A stretch of 64,000 nucleotides of DNA from Candidatus Krumholzibacteriia bacterium (GCA_050174015.1 JBFXKG010000001.1:96001-160000); one strand, 5' to 3'; positions 18,432 through 29,021 are shown, counted from the stretch's first letter. Made by a program: numbers and translations. The notes: generated by a model not told the origin, from the sequence alone.

Positions 18432-19849
18432 TCCGCCGCCAGGCCGTTGTTGACCTGGTCCAGTTCCAGCAGATCGCCCAGCTTCTCCATCAGCTGGACC
18501 GACGAGAACGGCTTCTTCAGGAACGACACCTCGTGCTCCGCCAGCAGCTCGGCGGTCTCCTCGTCGCAGGGGTACCCGCTGGTCAGCAGGATCCTGGTCT
18601 GGGAGTAGCCGTCCTTCAGGCGGCGACAGATGACCTTGCCGTCCATGCCCGGCAGGACCAGATCGAGCAGCACCGCGGCGATGTCGAACCGGTTCTCGGC
18701 CATCAGGCGCAGGGCCTGGAGTCCGTCGCGGGCCTCGATGGTCTCGACTCCCCGGAATTCCAGCAGATCGCGGACCACCCGCCGGGTCATGGGATCGTCG
18801 TCGACGATCAGGACCTTCGCGGGCCGCACCCGGCGGGCCTTGAAGCCGCGGACCTCGGCCTTTTCCAGCGGGGCAGGTGGGGCATCGGTGCGGCAGTATC
18901 CCTCGATCAGGGCGTACAGGATGTTCTGGTAGAGGATGTCCACGTCCCAGATCGCCCCGACGCGTTCCTCGTGTCCTCCCGATTGCCGTTCCAGGAGGGA
19001 GAGCAGCAGGATGTTCTTGTACTGCCAGATCGCGTGGGTCAGGAAGTTCAGGGGAATGCGCAGGGAACGCAGCATGTGTCCGAAGTTGGCGACCGCCTGG
19101 AAGTAGGCGGCGAAGTCTCCCTCCTGGATCTGGGTGCGGAACCGGTCGGGATGGACGACTTCGATCTTGTCGGTGATTCCGCGGGCGAAGTCCCCGCCGA
19201 AACCGGCGAACGCCCGTCGCCACTGGTCGCCGATCCGCCGCCAGAGATCCAGGGGCAGGTCCAGCAGGCCGGAAAGATTCTCCTTCTGCCAGTCCGACAG
19301 GCTGGGGGGAATCTCAGCGATCGGATCGTCCGGGGGGGCGTCCATCTGCCGCATCAGCTGGAGGCAGCCGGGTCGATCGGCGGTGCCCTCGGCCCCCTCC
19401 TCGCGAGCGAAGTAGGCCAGGGGGTCCCGCAGCTCGGCGAGGTAGCCATCCAGGTCAGGCTCCTCACCCTGAAGCAGGCGGCTCACCAGGTCGATGGCCA
19501 GGATGGGAGCGAGGCGGCCGGTCAGGAAGTCGGGGGCGCCGTAGTGGATCTTGTACGAGCCGTCGCCGAGGTCCTTGGTCCATCCCGTGAAGACGCGGCC
19601 CTCGGAATCCGCCAGGTGGATCAGCTCCAGCAGCACGTGTTCGACGACGTGGGCGAAGTTGGTTCCGCCGACCAGCTCGGTGTGGAAACCGCCTTCCTTC
19701 CCCGACATGCACTTGTGCAGGGCGGTCGTGGGCAGGACGCGGATCAGCGCTTCGTTGAAACCCGCGGTCCGATTCGTCCGGCGGTCGCCCCAGGCCTGCA
19801 GATCGATGACGATCTCGTAGACCGAGACGCCGGATGAGGTGATTTCCAT
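18428..19849 (-). CDS. Fusion of cyanophycin synthetase N-terminal-like domain, helical domain and response-regulator receiver
   Basis: HKC-x19-HVVEHVLLEL with GGF and GT sub-motifs. C-terminal VLIVDDD, LLDLVLPGMDG, LTSG, FLKKPF. Confidence 0.8.
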   Translation of the reverse strand: MEITSSGVSVYEIVIDLQAWGDRRTNRTAGFNEALIRVLPTTALHKCMSGKEGGFHTELVGGTNFAHVVEHVLLELIHLADSEGRVFTGWTKDLGDGSYKIHYGAPDFLTGRLAPILAIDLVSRLLQGEEPDLDGYLAELRDPLAYFAREEGAEGTADRPGCLQLMRQMDAPPDDPIAEIPPSLSDWQKENLSGLLDLPLDLWRRIGDQWRRAFAGFGGDFARGITDKIEVVHPDRFRTQIQEGDFAAYFQAVANFGHMLRSLRIPLNFLTHAIWQYKNILLLSLLERQSGGHEERVGAIWDVDILYQNILYALIEGYCRTDAPPAPLEKAEVRGFKARRVRPAKVLIVDDDPMTRRVVRDLLEFRGVETIEARDGLQALRLMAENRFDIAAVLLDLVLPGMDGKVICRRLKDGYSQTRILLTSGYPCDEETAELLAEHEVSFLKKPFSSVQLMEKLGDLLELDQVNNGLAAD

Positions 19850-19961
19850 GATGTTCCGACTCCAGGTTGGCGGTTCATCGCGTCAGTCAACCTGTTAATG
19901 CGGCCGGCGGCGATCCTGATCTTCATCTATTCCACCCACGGTCTGTCTGTGCGGACAACGT

Positions 19962-20183
19962 CTACAGATCCTCGCCCCTCCTGATGTTCTCGGAGAGAAC
20001 GGTCAGGTAATCCTTGATCAGGGTTTGCACGTCCTGGATGTTGAAGGGCTGGCCGCCGGTCCGGTTCATCGTCTCCTTGATGATCTTCTCGGACCACAGG
20101 CTGGGATTGTGGAGGACGTCACAGAAGGCATCACGGGTGTTCGTGACCATCGAGCTCATGTAGCTGGGGACTTGGTTTCTCAT
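19962..20183 (-). CDS. Small helical hypothetical protein (73 aa)
   Basis: GAGGT RBS before MRNQVPSY; host-like codon usage; co-oriented upstream of the CphA-N fusion. Confidence 0.55.
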   Translation of the reverse strand: MRNQVPSYMSSMVTNTRDAFCDVLHNPSLWSEKIIKETMNRTGGQPFNIQDVQTLIKDYLTVLSENIRRGEDL

Positions 20184-20488
20184 TGCGGACCACCTCTCAA
20201 GGTTCCGGATTCGCCGCCGGCGGACCAGGTGTGGGTGGTCTCGTCCTTGAGTCTTGAGCAGGATGCGGAGCTTCCTCTTCCACGGGTGAGTGCTGCGCCG
20301 GAGATGATCGATCCCGCAGGCCGTCACCATAATGACGATCGAGGCTGTCCGCAAGCGCGGGCGGTTCCAGTTCCGGGGAGCAGGCTCGGACTCGTCGCCC
20401 TTGACCACCCTCCTCGTCAGCGGGTATATCTGGGCGGACCCGGGGATGATCCCCCCGGGGAGCGCGGCCCGGTGAGCCTGCGGCCTTT

Positions 20489-21184
20489 TTGATCCGGTTC
20501 GACGAGCAGAAAGGAGCGGAGTTGGCGACCGAGGGACCGCTGGTGTTCGTCCACGTGCCCAAGACCGCGGGCACGAGTTTCCGCATGGCCCTCGAACGCC
20601 ACCTGGGCTTCGAAGCCATGGCTTACGATTACGGTCCGGACTCGGAGGTGACCTCGCCGATCGTCCAGCGGCACGTCTACGACCGGCCGGATCTGAAGGA
20701 ATTCAAGGCGGCGGTCCTGGACGGCCCGGTCCAGGTCGTCTGCGGCCACTTCCCCGCCGAAAAGTACCGCGACCTGTTCGGCCCCGAGAACGCGCTGGTC
20801 TTCCTTCGCGATCCCGTCCAGCGGCTGATCTCGGAATACCGGCACTACGTGACCTACAACGGCTACCTCAAGGGCTTCGAGGAATTCTACCGGGACCCGG
20901 CCTTCACCAACTGCCAGAAGGCGTTCGTCCAGGGCATTCCCCTGGACGGCTACGGGCTCCTGGGCCTCACCGAGCGGTACAAGGCCTCCCTGGAGATGGC
21001 GAACCGCCGCTTCGGCTGGAAGCTGATGAACCTGAACTTCAACCAGTCCCGCCCGACCCTGGAGGCCTCCTACGGCCTCGAAGGCGATCTGGTCCAGGAT
21101 CTCCTGGACCGCAACGCCGAGGACATCGCCTTCTACGGGACGGCGGTAAAGGAGTTCGAGCGGCGGGCGAGGGCCCTGGGCTGA
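20489..21184 (+). CDS. Sulfotransferase family protein
   Basis: FVHVPKTAGTSF (5'-PSB loop), FLRDPVQRLISEY (3'-PB); TTG start. Confidence 0.85.
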   Translation: MIRFDEQKGAELATEGPLVFVHVPKTAGTSFRMALERHLGFEAMAYDYGPDSEVTSPIVQRHVYDRPDLKEFKAAVLDGPVQVVCGHFPAEKYRDLFGPENALVFLRDPVQRLISEYRHYVTYNGYLKGFEEFYRDPAFTNCQKAFVQGIPLDGYGLLGLTERYKASLEMANRRFGWKLMNLNFNQSRPTLEASYGLEGDLVQDLLDRNAEDIAFYGTAVKEFERRARALG

Positions 21185-21200
21185 TCCCGGCAGGCGTCGG

Positions 21201-21947
21201 TCAGCCCAGCAGCAGCCGCGCCGCGAACAGAACCACGACCACCAGCACCAGCTTGCGGATCCAGTCGTGCCCCTTGGCCACCGCCAGGCGCGCTCCCAGC
21301 CAGCCGCCCACCGAGTTGCCGGCGGCCAGGGCCAGGCCCAGCCCCCAGTCCACCTGCCCGTGAATGATGAAGACCGCCAGCGCGCTCACGGTGAACACCC
21401 CGACGACGAAGACCTTCACGGCGTTGATGCGAACCAGGTCCATGCCGTGCACCAGCAGGCCCGCGATGATGAGGAATCCGACCCCGGCCTGGATGAACCC
21501 GCCGTAGAAGCCGACCAGCAGGAAGGTGCCGGCCAGGGCGGCGATCCGCAGGGGACCCAGGTGGGCCTGCTCGAACTTCAGGCGGCGGGTCGGATCGACG
21601 ACCATCAGCACGCACACGCCCAGCATGACCAGCGCCAGGATGCGCCGGAAGGCCGCATCGCCGATGTCCACGGCCACCTCGGCGCCCAGGATGCTGCCCA
21701 CCAGGGCCGCCGGCGTGCACACCAGCGCGATCTTCATGGGGAGGTGGCCGCTGCGCCGGAAGCTGCCGACCGCCACGACGTTCTGGGCCAGGATCCCGAT
21801 GCGGTTGGTCCCGTTGGCGACGCCGGCGGGCAGGCCCAGGAACAGCAGGACCGGCAAGGTGAGCAGGGAGCCTCCCCCGGCCAGGACGTTGAGCACGCCG
21901 GATACGGCGCCGACGCCGAAAAGGAGAGCCAGGTGCCAGGGGTTCAC
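21201..21947 (-). CDS. TSUP (TauE/SafE) family sulfite/sulfur-compound exporter
   Basis: GVLNVLAGGGSLLTLP, ANGTNR, GFYGGFIQAGVG; ~8 TM; GTGA overlap with the hipA stop. Confidence 0.9.
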   Translation of the reverse strand: MNPWHLALLFGVGAVSGVLNVLAGGGSLLTLPVLLFLGLPAGVANGTNRIGILAQNVVAVGSFRRSGHLPMKIALVCTPAALVGSILGAEVAVDIGDAAFRRILALVMLGVCVLMVVDPTRRLKFEQAHLGPLRIAALAGTFLLVGFYGGFIQAGVGFLIIAGLLVHGMDLVRINAVKVFVVGVFTVSALAVFIIHGQVDWGLGLALAAGNSVGGWLGARLAVAKGHDWIRKLVLVVVVLFAARLLLG

Positions 21948-23272
21948 GGTGCGGTTCCTTGGTCGGGGTTGCGGAAGTCGCGGAACGTGGCCGCGATGCG
22001 TTCCATCGGTGCTGCGGGCAGGTGGGCCCGCTCGGCCCAGGCCGGCCAGTCGGTCAACGCCTGCATGACCTCGTCGAGGATGCGGTCGGGCTTCTTGACG
22101 CCGACGGTGCGGGCCACCTCCAGCAGGTCGGCGCGGGCGATGCCCTCGCGCTTGCCGGCCATGGCCAGCTGGTGGCGCCCGGTCCAGCGCCCGTTGGGGT
22201 TGTACGCGTAGGTCAGGTCGTAGGCCGGGGACAGGCTCCAGACGCCGTCGGGGTCCATGAGGAAGGCGATGTTCTTGGTGTGGTCGTCCTGGTTGCGGGC
22301 GGCGGCGTTGAACACCATGCGCCGGTACAGCTGCTCGGTGTCGGGGTAGGGCAGGCGCAGCTCGCGGCAGACCTGGAAAGCCTGTTCGTAGGAGTGGGAG
22401 GTCGGGTCGTTGTAGTCGAGATGGGCCAGCCCGCACAGGGTCTGCAGGTGCAGTCGGCCCCCCCCGGGCAGGCGGTCGAAACGCCGGGTCATGAAGTGGG
22501 CGCGCCCGCCCTCCTCGAGCAGGCGGCACTCGCTCATCGTGACTCCAGCAGCCCGGGCCATCAGGTGGTAGGCGTACTCGATGCGGCCGTAACCCTCGGG
22601 GTCGTCCAGCTCGCGATCATCGACGCCGTCGAACTTGAGGATCCAGTGGGCGTAACCTGGGGGGGCGTCCAGCTGGCCCGAGCGCACCTCGCCGGTGGCC
22701 TCGTCGACCGCGATGACGGCCTTGGGCCGGGCCCCGCCGGCCGACGTGCCCACGCGCAGGATGTCGGCGATGGCCTCGGTCCCGGCGGCCAGGTCGGCGT
22801 GGAGGCCGACGCGTTCCTGCAGGACCTCCCGGGCCAGTTCCACCAGCCGGGCGACGTCCACCCGGGCCGCCTCTTCCTGGGGTCCCCGCAGCGCGGGTTC
22901 GAATTCCAGGGCGCCCATGGCCCGCGCGCCCAGGTAGCAGAGGCGCTCGACGGGGCTGAAGTCCCCGGGGCGGCGGCCCTGGCGCGCCAGCCAGGCGTCG
23001 ATGAGGCGGTTGCCGAAGCGGTCGGGCAGGGCGTCGGCGAGCAGGCCGGGCAGTCCCCGGAAGGTGGCGGGCGGCAACCCGGGAAACGAGAACCGGCCGC
23101 CGCCGCGGGCGGCTGCCGCCAGGGGCATCCTGAGCGGGGAGAGGTCCAGGCCGCTGTCGAGGAACTCCGGATCGAACTCGAAGGTGGCCAGCTCGCGGTC
23201 GGGATCCCAGGCCACCGCCCCGGCGGTGCGGCCCCAGATGCGGACGAAGGCGGCGTCGATGCGATCGGCCAT
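21944..23272 (-). CDS. hipA: HipA-family toxin kinase
   Basis: DALPDRFGN, GALEF, GTSAGGARPKA (P-loop Ser), RNQDDHTKN, LSPAYD. Confidence 0.93.
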   Translation of the reverse strand: MADRIDAAFVRIWGRTAGAVAWDPDRELATFEFDPEFLDSGLDLSPLRMPLAAAARGGGRFSFPGLPPATFRGLPGLLADALPDRFGNRLIDAWLARQGRRPGDFSPVERLCYLGARAMGALEFEPALRGPQEEAARVDVARLVELAREVLQERVGLHADLAAGTEAIADILRVGTSAGGARPKAVIAVDEATGEVRSGQLDAPPGYAHWILKFDGVDDRELDDPEGYGRIEYAYHLMARAAGVTMSECRLLEEGGRAHFMTRRFDRLPGGGRLHLQTLCGLAHLDYNDPTSHSYEQAFQVCRELRLPYPDTEQLYRRMVFNAAARNQDDHTKNIAFLMDPDGVWSLSPAYDLTYAYNPNGRWTGRHQLAMAGKREGIARADLLEVARTVGVKKPDRILDEVMQALTDWPAWAERAHLPAAPMERIAATFRDFRNPDQGTAP

Positions 23273-23273
23273 G

Positions 23274-23594
23274 TCAGTCGGTCTCCTCGCCCTTGCGGGA
23301 GGTGGAGGCCCGGCGGCGCACCTTTCCCTGCAGGCGCGCCAGCTCCAGGGGACTGGGGCCCTGGGCGGGCAGGAAGACGTCGAGTTCGTCGAGGGCGTCG
23401 AGCACCCTGAGCACCTGGACGAAGGTCAGCAGGGTGGCCCGGCCCTCGCGTTCGAGGGCGCCCACGGTGGTGCGGTCCAGGCCGGCGCGTTCGGCGACCT
23501 CCTGCTGGCTCAGATTGCGGTCCAGGCGGCGTCGGCGGATGCGGCCGCCGATCTCGGCGAGGATGGCCTGGTCGGTGGCGGCGTAGAAGGACAT
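23274..23594 (-). CDS. hipB: HipB-like Xre/HTH antitoxin
   Basis: IGGRIRRRRLDRNLSQQEVAERAGLDRTTVGALE; GGAGG RBS; directly upstream of hipA. Confidence 0.85.
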   Translation of the reverse strand: MSFYAATDQAILAEIGGRIRRRRLDRNLSQQEVAERAGLDRTTVGALEREGRATLLTFVQVLRVLDALDELDVFLPAQGPSPLELARLQGKVRRRASTSRKGEETD

Positions 23595-23729
23595 GATGGA
23601 TTTTACCTCCATTAAAGCTTGATATGGATGATATTGATGGAAAGATACAGCAAGGTCAAGTCTAATTGTTTTGATGAAATCTACAATCATTAAAGATATA
23701 TTTCGATATATTGATGGAATAAAACATCA
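23594..23729. promoter_or_regulatory. Four 18-bp imperfect palindromic operators upstream of hipBA
   Basis: TGATGGATTTTACCTCCA (23594), TGATGGAAAGATACAGCA (23635), TGATGAAATCTACAATCA (23672), TGATGGAATAAAACATCA (23712). Confidence 0.65.
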
Positions 23730-23763
23730 CAACATGGAGTCGCTGTCGAAGATCCCGATCCGG

Positions 23764-26700
23764 TCAATCCGCCCGGAAGTGATGGATGCGGTTCAGATCC
23801 CTGCGCACCTCGTCCAGCCATGCCTTGAATCCGGGATAGGCCTCGACATCGACCATTTCCCCCTTGATGACCAGGTCCCGGTGGGCCTCCACTCCTTCCG
23901 CCGACACCCCGAAACTGGTGGCGTACCGGCACTCCCCCCAGCTGACGTCCTTTCCGGTGGGGAGTCTGGTCGGGGTGAAGTCCGGTGGGAGGACAAGGAT
24001 CAGGGATTCCTTCTCGCACAGGTTCATGGCCCGAAGGTCCAGAGGAAGGGTTCTCCCGGATTTGGCGACGACGGCGCCGAACCTGCCGGTCAACTGGCTG
24101 TTCCAGGGGAGATGGAGGGACAGGATTCCGCCGTCCAGGGTCCCCAGTTCGGGAATCCTGAGCCGGGTGGTGATCGTCAGGAGGTCCGGCATGGGATCGA
24201 GACTCCCCGCCTTCGCATCCAGGACCTCCGCTCCGGGATACAGGATGGACAAGCCCGTGGTCTTGAGGGAGACCAGGGCATCTTCCGGGCCGCCGTCCAG
24301 TTCCTCCCTGATCCAGGCGATGTGGTCGATCTGATGGATGACCTCCTCCAGATCGACGAGCCCGTCCCCGTTGCTCTGGAGGCTGACCGTGGAATCGACC
24401 ACGTAGGGGAATTCCCCGGGATCGGTGCCGGGAATCACCATCAGGTCGGTGATCCCAGGGGCGGCGACGAGGCTGGGCGACCCGGCCAGGTGGCTGGGAA
24501 TCCGGTCCCATCGCCCGTGTCGGAAAGTCGGATCCAGCCAGAGATCGCGACCATTATCACCTCGTTTGAAGACGATGGCATGGTTGAATCGCGGCGAAGG
24601 AAGGAACGGCCGGTCGCCCGGGGCGCCGGGAGTCACCAGGGCGAACCGGAACCCGTCGTGGCCGGCGGCGGCGAGGAGGGCGATCATCAGGCAGGCCTTG
24701 TCCTTGCAGTCACCGTAGCCGTCGGCCAGGACGTCGCCGGCAAGCCGCGGGATGAATCCGGACTGGAACAGGGGTACGCTTTCATAGTTGATTTCGCCGG
24801 CAACGAAATCGAAGATTCTCGCCACGGCCTCATCCTCCGATCGGCATCCTTCCGTGAGCTCCGCGGCCCTGGCCTGGATTCCCTCCTGGGCCACCGCCTG
24901 GCCGTCGGCGATGTCGCAATACCATTGGGCAATGGTGTCCCAGCTCTCGATGGTGGAGACGTCCAGCCAGGGCATGGTGTTCAGGTCGGATGGTGCCAGG
25001 GGTTCGTCCGCCGAGGCGGGGAGATCAGCGAAAATCCAGGTGTGGCGCACCTTCATGCCGTCCAGGGCATCCTGTCTCGGGTACCCCTCGACCAGGTAAT
25101 CTCCGGCGTTCCAGAGCCTGGTCCGGGCTTGCTGGCCTGCAGGCAGGATGAGCTCGTACCGTGAGCGGACACAGGGGCCGGTCGCGAAGGAGAACGAGTG
25201 CTGATCCCAGAAATTTCCGGCAAGGTTCCCAGACACGAATTCCTTCGTCCGGTAGTGCAGCAGAAGGATGTCCCCGACGGCGAGACCCGGAAACATGACC
25301 CTGTTGAGGAACCGCTTGCCCTCGGTCCTGGGTCCGACCTCCTTGATGACTTCCTTGGCGAGAACCTGGAGGTCTCCGAAAGGGTCGCCGGCCAAGTCGA
25401 TGTTCTCCCAGGTCGCAGCGCCCTCCCTGGTCAGGATCTGGACGGCGAGAATGTTGTCGATGACGCCCGCCCTCCGGTCGAACAAAAGGCATCGCCTGTT
25501 GGAAAGCAGGACCACCGAGCCGGCTCCGGAGTAGTCCTCGGGCCGGACCCTCATTTCGCCGATCTCATCGCAATGCGGGTCGGGCAGGGTGTTGCTGAAG
25601 GGAGGCATCTCGAGGAGGCCGTTGATCCGGTCCCGGATCTCGAAATTTCCCGGATCCACGTCGAGCGCCTTTTGCAGGATCCTCGCCGCCCCCCGCTTCA
25701 GGATGACCTTGAGATCTTCCCGAGCCGTCAGGTCGGTGCGGAAGAGATTCGCGGAGACTTCCGCCGCGATGTCCGGAGGGAAGACCTCCTTGAACAGGTC
25801 GTTGCGGAGGACGGCACCCCACTGGGCGAGATCGGCGAGCCGCTCCAGCAGATCCAGGCTCTGGGGAAAGCTCTGCAGGGCGAAGATGTTCTGACGTAGG
25901 GCGTTCTCGGGATCGGCATCCCACAGCAAGGTCAGGATGCGGAATTTCCAGACCACGTCGTACTCGGGGGCAATTCCATCAGGTCCTCGATGGCGCCCTT
26001 GGCGTCGCCGAAGTTCTCCTGGTTGAATTCGTAATGGAACCGCATCAGCAGCCGGGTGATGGGGTCGGACAGCGCCATGACGTTTCTTCGATGGTCATTC
26101 AAGTCGTTGACGAGGTCCGATTCCTCGTCGAAGCGGACCAGGGCCCGGTACGGCCCGGGTTCTCCGGGAAAGCTGCGGGCCGCTTGAAGGGCGGAGGACT
26201 TCACGTCCTCCCAGAGACCGCTTTGTTCATAGCTTTCGATCCGGCAAAGCATGGCTGAAAGGCTGGCTGCACCTTGCCGGTAACCGGAATCGAGAATCTT
26301 CCGGGCCTCGTCTCCGCGGCCCTTCTCCAGTTCCAGGCCCGCCTTGAACAGGAGAGCTGGAGCGAGATCGGGGGCGAGCCCGAGAATCTCATCGAGACTG
26401 GCGGACCGCGATGCACGCTTGGGTTCGAAGGACCTGAAGATGGCCAGTCTGATGAGGCTGCAATCGGGATGGATGACCAGGGCCGCCGCACAATGTTTCT
26501 TGAATTTCGAAGATTCATCTTCGATCCGCCCGCGAAGGATGTTCCAGAATGCGGCTTCGGGGCCGACGGCGTTCTCGGCGATCCGGGCCAGGATGGGATT
26601 CGGAGCCGGACGAACCTTGATCCCGCCGGGAGGATTGTGGCCGTGGCCGGTCGCCTGTGTCTCCAGGTTTTCGATGGGGGATCCGTCGGGATGGGTCAGG

Positions 26701-27623
26701 GCGCAGGTGAACCAGGGGGATTCCTCCCGGCCGCTGATCTTGACCACGATCTGCAGCCAGCCGGGGGGAAGGTCGACCAACCAGTGCAGCGCTTCTTCGC
26801 CACCGACCTCGCGGGAGCATTGCCGGAAAAGCTCTCCGTTGAGAAAAAGATCGACATCGCCATGGTAACCCAAGGAAAGCAGATATGACCCGGATTCCGC
26901 GATTCGGACCCTGGTCTGGGCGAAAGCTGTGGTGAATTCCTTGCGATGGAAATGAAGGTTGGGGACGACCTCGCCCCCCAGGGAATGGACCTGGGGATGG
27001 AACCAGTTGATGGGTTGGCCGAATTTTCCTGAATACGTGTAGAGGGGGTTGTACCGGAAGTCCTGGACATGGTCCTTGCGGTGACCCGAGCCCGATGTGT
27101 TGTCGAAGGGGCCGAGCAGGGTCCAGTCGGTGATTCGATCCAGGGGGGACGCGCACTTCAGGATCCTCTTCCGGTCGCCGAGCAACCGGACCAAGCGCAA
27201 TTCCCTGGCGGCAAGCCACCTGCGGGCTACCGGATCGGCTTCGGGGTCGTCCGCCAACTGCCGGCCGAACTCGGCCATGTCCTTCCTGAAGGATTTCCCC
27301 TCCAGGTCGGTGTTCTCGGCGATCCAATCCAGAAGGAGATCGTCGTACTGGCTGTGCCGGGCTCCCTCGAGATAGGTCGCCAGGGATTCCACAAGTCCGC
27401 GGTCGTCTCCCAGGGCGACCTGGGCGAGCATCAGCCCGCGCAGGGCCTCGGGATCGTCCCGTTCATCCCTCAGGGTGGATTGAAAGGCCTTCACCGCGCC
27501 GGTGAAGTCATTGTTCCAGAGCAGGTCCCAGGCAGGTGAGAGCGGGGAGGCGGAGTCGGTGCCGGACACCGTTCCGGAAATGAGGATGAGGACCGCCAGG
27601 AAGGCAACCGGGAGGATTCTCAT
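23764..27623 (-). pseudogene. Secreted TPR + DUF3857 + transglutaminase-like protein split by a one-base frameshift at 25966-25970
   Basis: Upstream part has a signal peptide, WTLLGPFDN and TPR-like helices. Downstream part has GDCKDKA and FNHAI (transglutaminase-like). The frames join as MEL-x-PEYDVVWK if one base is added at the C5 run. Confidence 0.7.
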
Positions 27624-27713
27624 GTTGGATATCCTTCGAAAAGGGTCATGGCGATGCGGTATTATCATGACCTTCGGTGAAGAATGTCAATCGATTCGGG
27701 TTTCGGCCACGGC

Positions 27714-29021
27714 TCAAAGACCCCGGAGCTCGACCTGGAGGGCGTTCTTGGCGGCCCATTTCCTCACCATGACCGCCTCGGCTTCCAATGCCCGGCGGTT
27801 GGACTTCCCCCGGACCTGGACCACCCTGCGTTCCCTGTTCACGACCTCGATGGTCAGCTTGCGGTTCCCGTTCATCCGGAGGGACCAGATGGAGCAGTAT
27901 CCGCAACCGATGTTCCGGGCGTAGGTCGCCACGCAGTGCCTCATCGCGCTTCCCTCGTCGACCAGATCCCTGGCCGTCAGGATCTCCTGGAAGGACCACA
28001 GGTCCTCGGCGACGAGGCGGCCGTGGACCTTGACGGTCTTCCTCCAGGTCGCTCCCGCGAACCCGGAAGGGGTGAAGGATTTCATCCCGATGCGTCTCAG
28101 GTCGGCGGTCTCCCGGTGCCACTGCTCCATGGCGCGCTTGAGGCTGCCGTACGTGCGCCCCTTCAGGGAAAACCCGGGGTCCTCGGCGATCCGGTGGCTG
28201 AGGAAGTCGCAGAGCGGTCCGACCTGGACCGGATCCAGGTCCGGCTGCCGGCAGAACCAGTGGATGGCTTCCGCCCAGAATTCCTCCCTGTTGTGCGACA
28301 TGACCCGCGGCAGTCCGCCGGCGATCAGGCGCGCCAGCTTGACCCCGCCGCCATAGCACAGGACCTGGGCCCGGCGGGCCGCCCCGGCGATGCTCAGGGT
28401 CTCCGGGGTGGCGGCCCAGACGTGGCACATCCGGCGGGTCAGGGTTCCGGGGAGGACCGTGCCGCGCAGATCGCGGTGGATGCTGCCGCCGTGGGCCAGC
28501 GCCTTGGCCGTCCGGAGGTGCCGGAACAGTTCGGGGGTGATCAGGCCATCACCCTGCATGGTGACCTCCAGGATGAACTTCGGCACCGGATAGGGGCCCA
28601 GGAGGTGGGCGGCGAGGGACAGGAAGTTCGCGCGCAGGCCCTTGCCCCCGGGCCGCCAACGGTCCAGGCTCCTCACTCCCGAGATCAGGATGATGGCCAG
28701 GACCGGTTCCATGATGTCCGCCGCCAGCAGCCGGGGCCGCCGGTCGGCCAGTTCCTGGATCACGGTGCGGGTATTGGAACGCTTGCCCAGGAGTTCACGC
28801 CAGGGGTGGGTGTGGAGGAGCGTCCAGGCCTCCTCCACCCGCCGGGACGGGGCGGTCGCGGGCGGCTTCCCGAGGGCCCGCGCGACATTCCTGGCGGTCC
28901 TTTTCTGTTCGATCAGCGAACGGCGTTTCTTGTCCCGGGTCCGGGCCTGATCCTCGTTGGACTTCTTCCGCATGGCGGCGCGCCGGGCCCTGGTGAGCCC
29001 TTTCTTCCCCTGGTTGCCCAT
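27714..29021 (-). CDS. PcfJ-domain protein
   Basis: FSLKGRT..SL...MEQWH, LVDEGSAMRHCVATY, SIWSL, LTIEV, VQVRGKSNR; GGAGG RBS before MGNQGK. Confidence 0.85.
   Translation of the reverse strand: MGNQGKKGLTRARRAAMRKKSNEDQARTRDKKRRSLIEQKRTARNVARALGKPPATAPSRRVEEAWTLLHTHPWRELLGKRSNTRTVIQELADRRPRLLAADIMEPVLAIILISGVRSLDRWRPGGKGLRANFLSLAAHLLGPYPVPKFILEVTMQGDGLITPELFRHLRTAKALAHGGSIHRDLRGTVLPGTLTRRMCHVWAATPETLSIAGAARRAQVLCYGGGVKLARLIAGGLPRVMSHNREEFWAEAIHWFCRQPDLDPVQVGPLCDFLSHRIAEDPGFSLKGRTYGSLKRAMEQWHRETADLRRIGMKSFTPSGFAGATWRKTVKVHGRLVAEDLWSFQEILTARDLVDEGSAMRHCVATYARNIGCGYCSIWSLRMNGNRKLTIEVVNRERRVVQVRGKSNRRALEAEAVMVRKWAAKNALQVELRGL

Noticed and set aside
18428..19849. Calling this gene cphA (cyanophycin synthetase)
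   Set aside because: It lacks both synthetic domains (ATP-grasp and Mur-ligase-like).
20190..20480. Possible leader RNA or N-terminal extension of the 19962 ORF
   Set aside because: No recognisable RNA motif, and a good RBS supports the shorter start at 20183.
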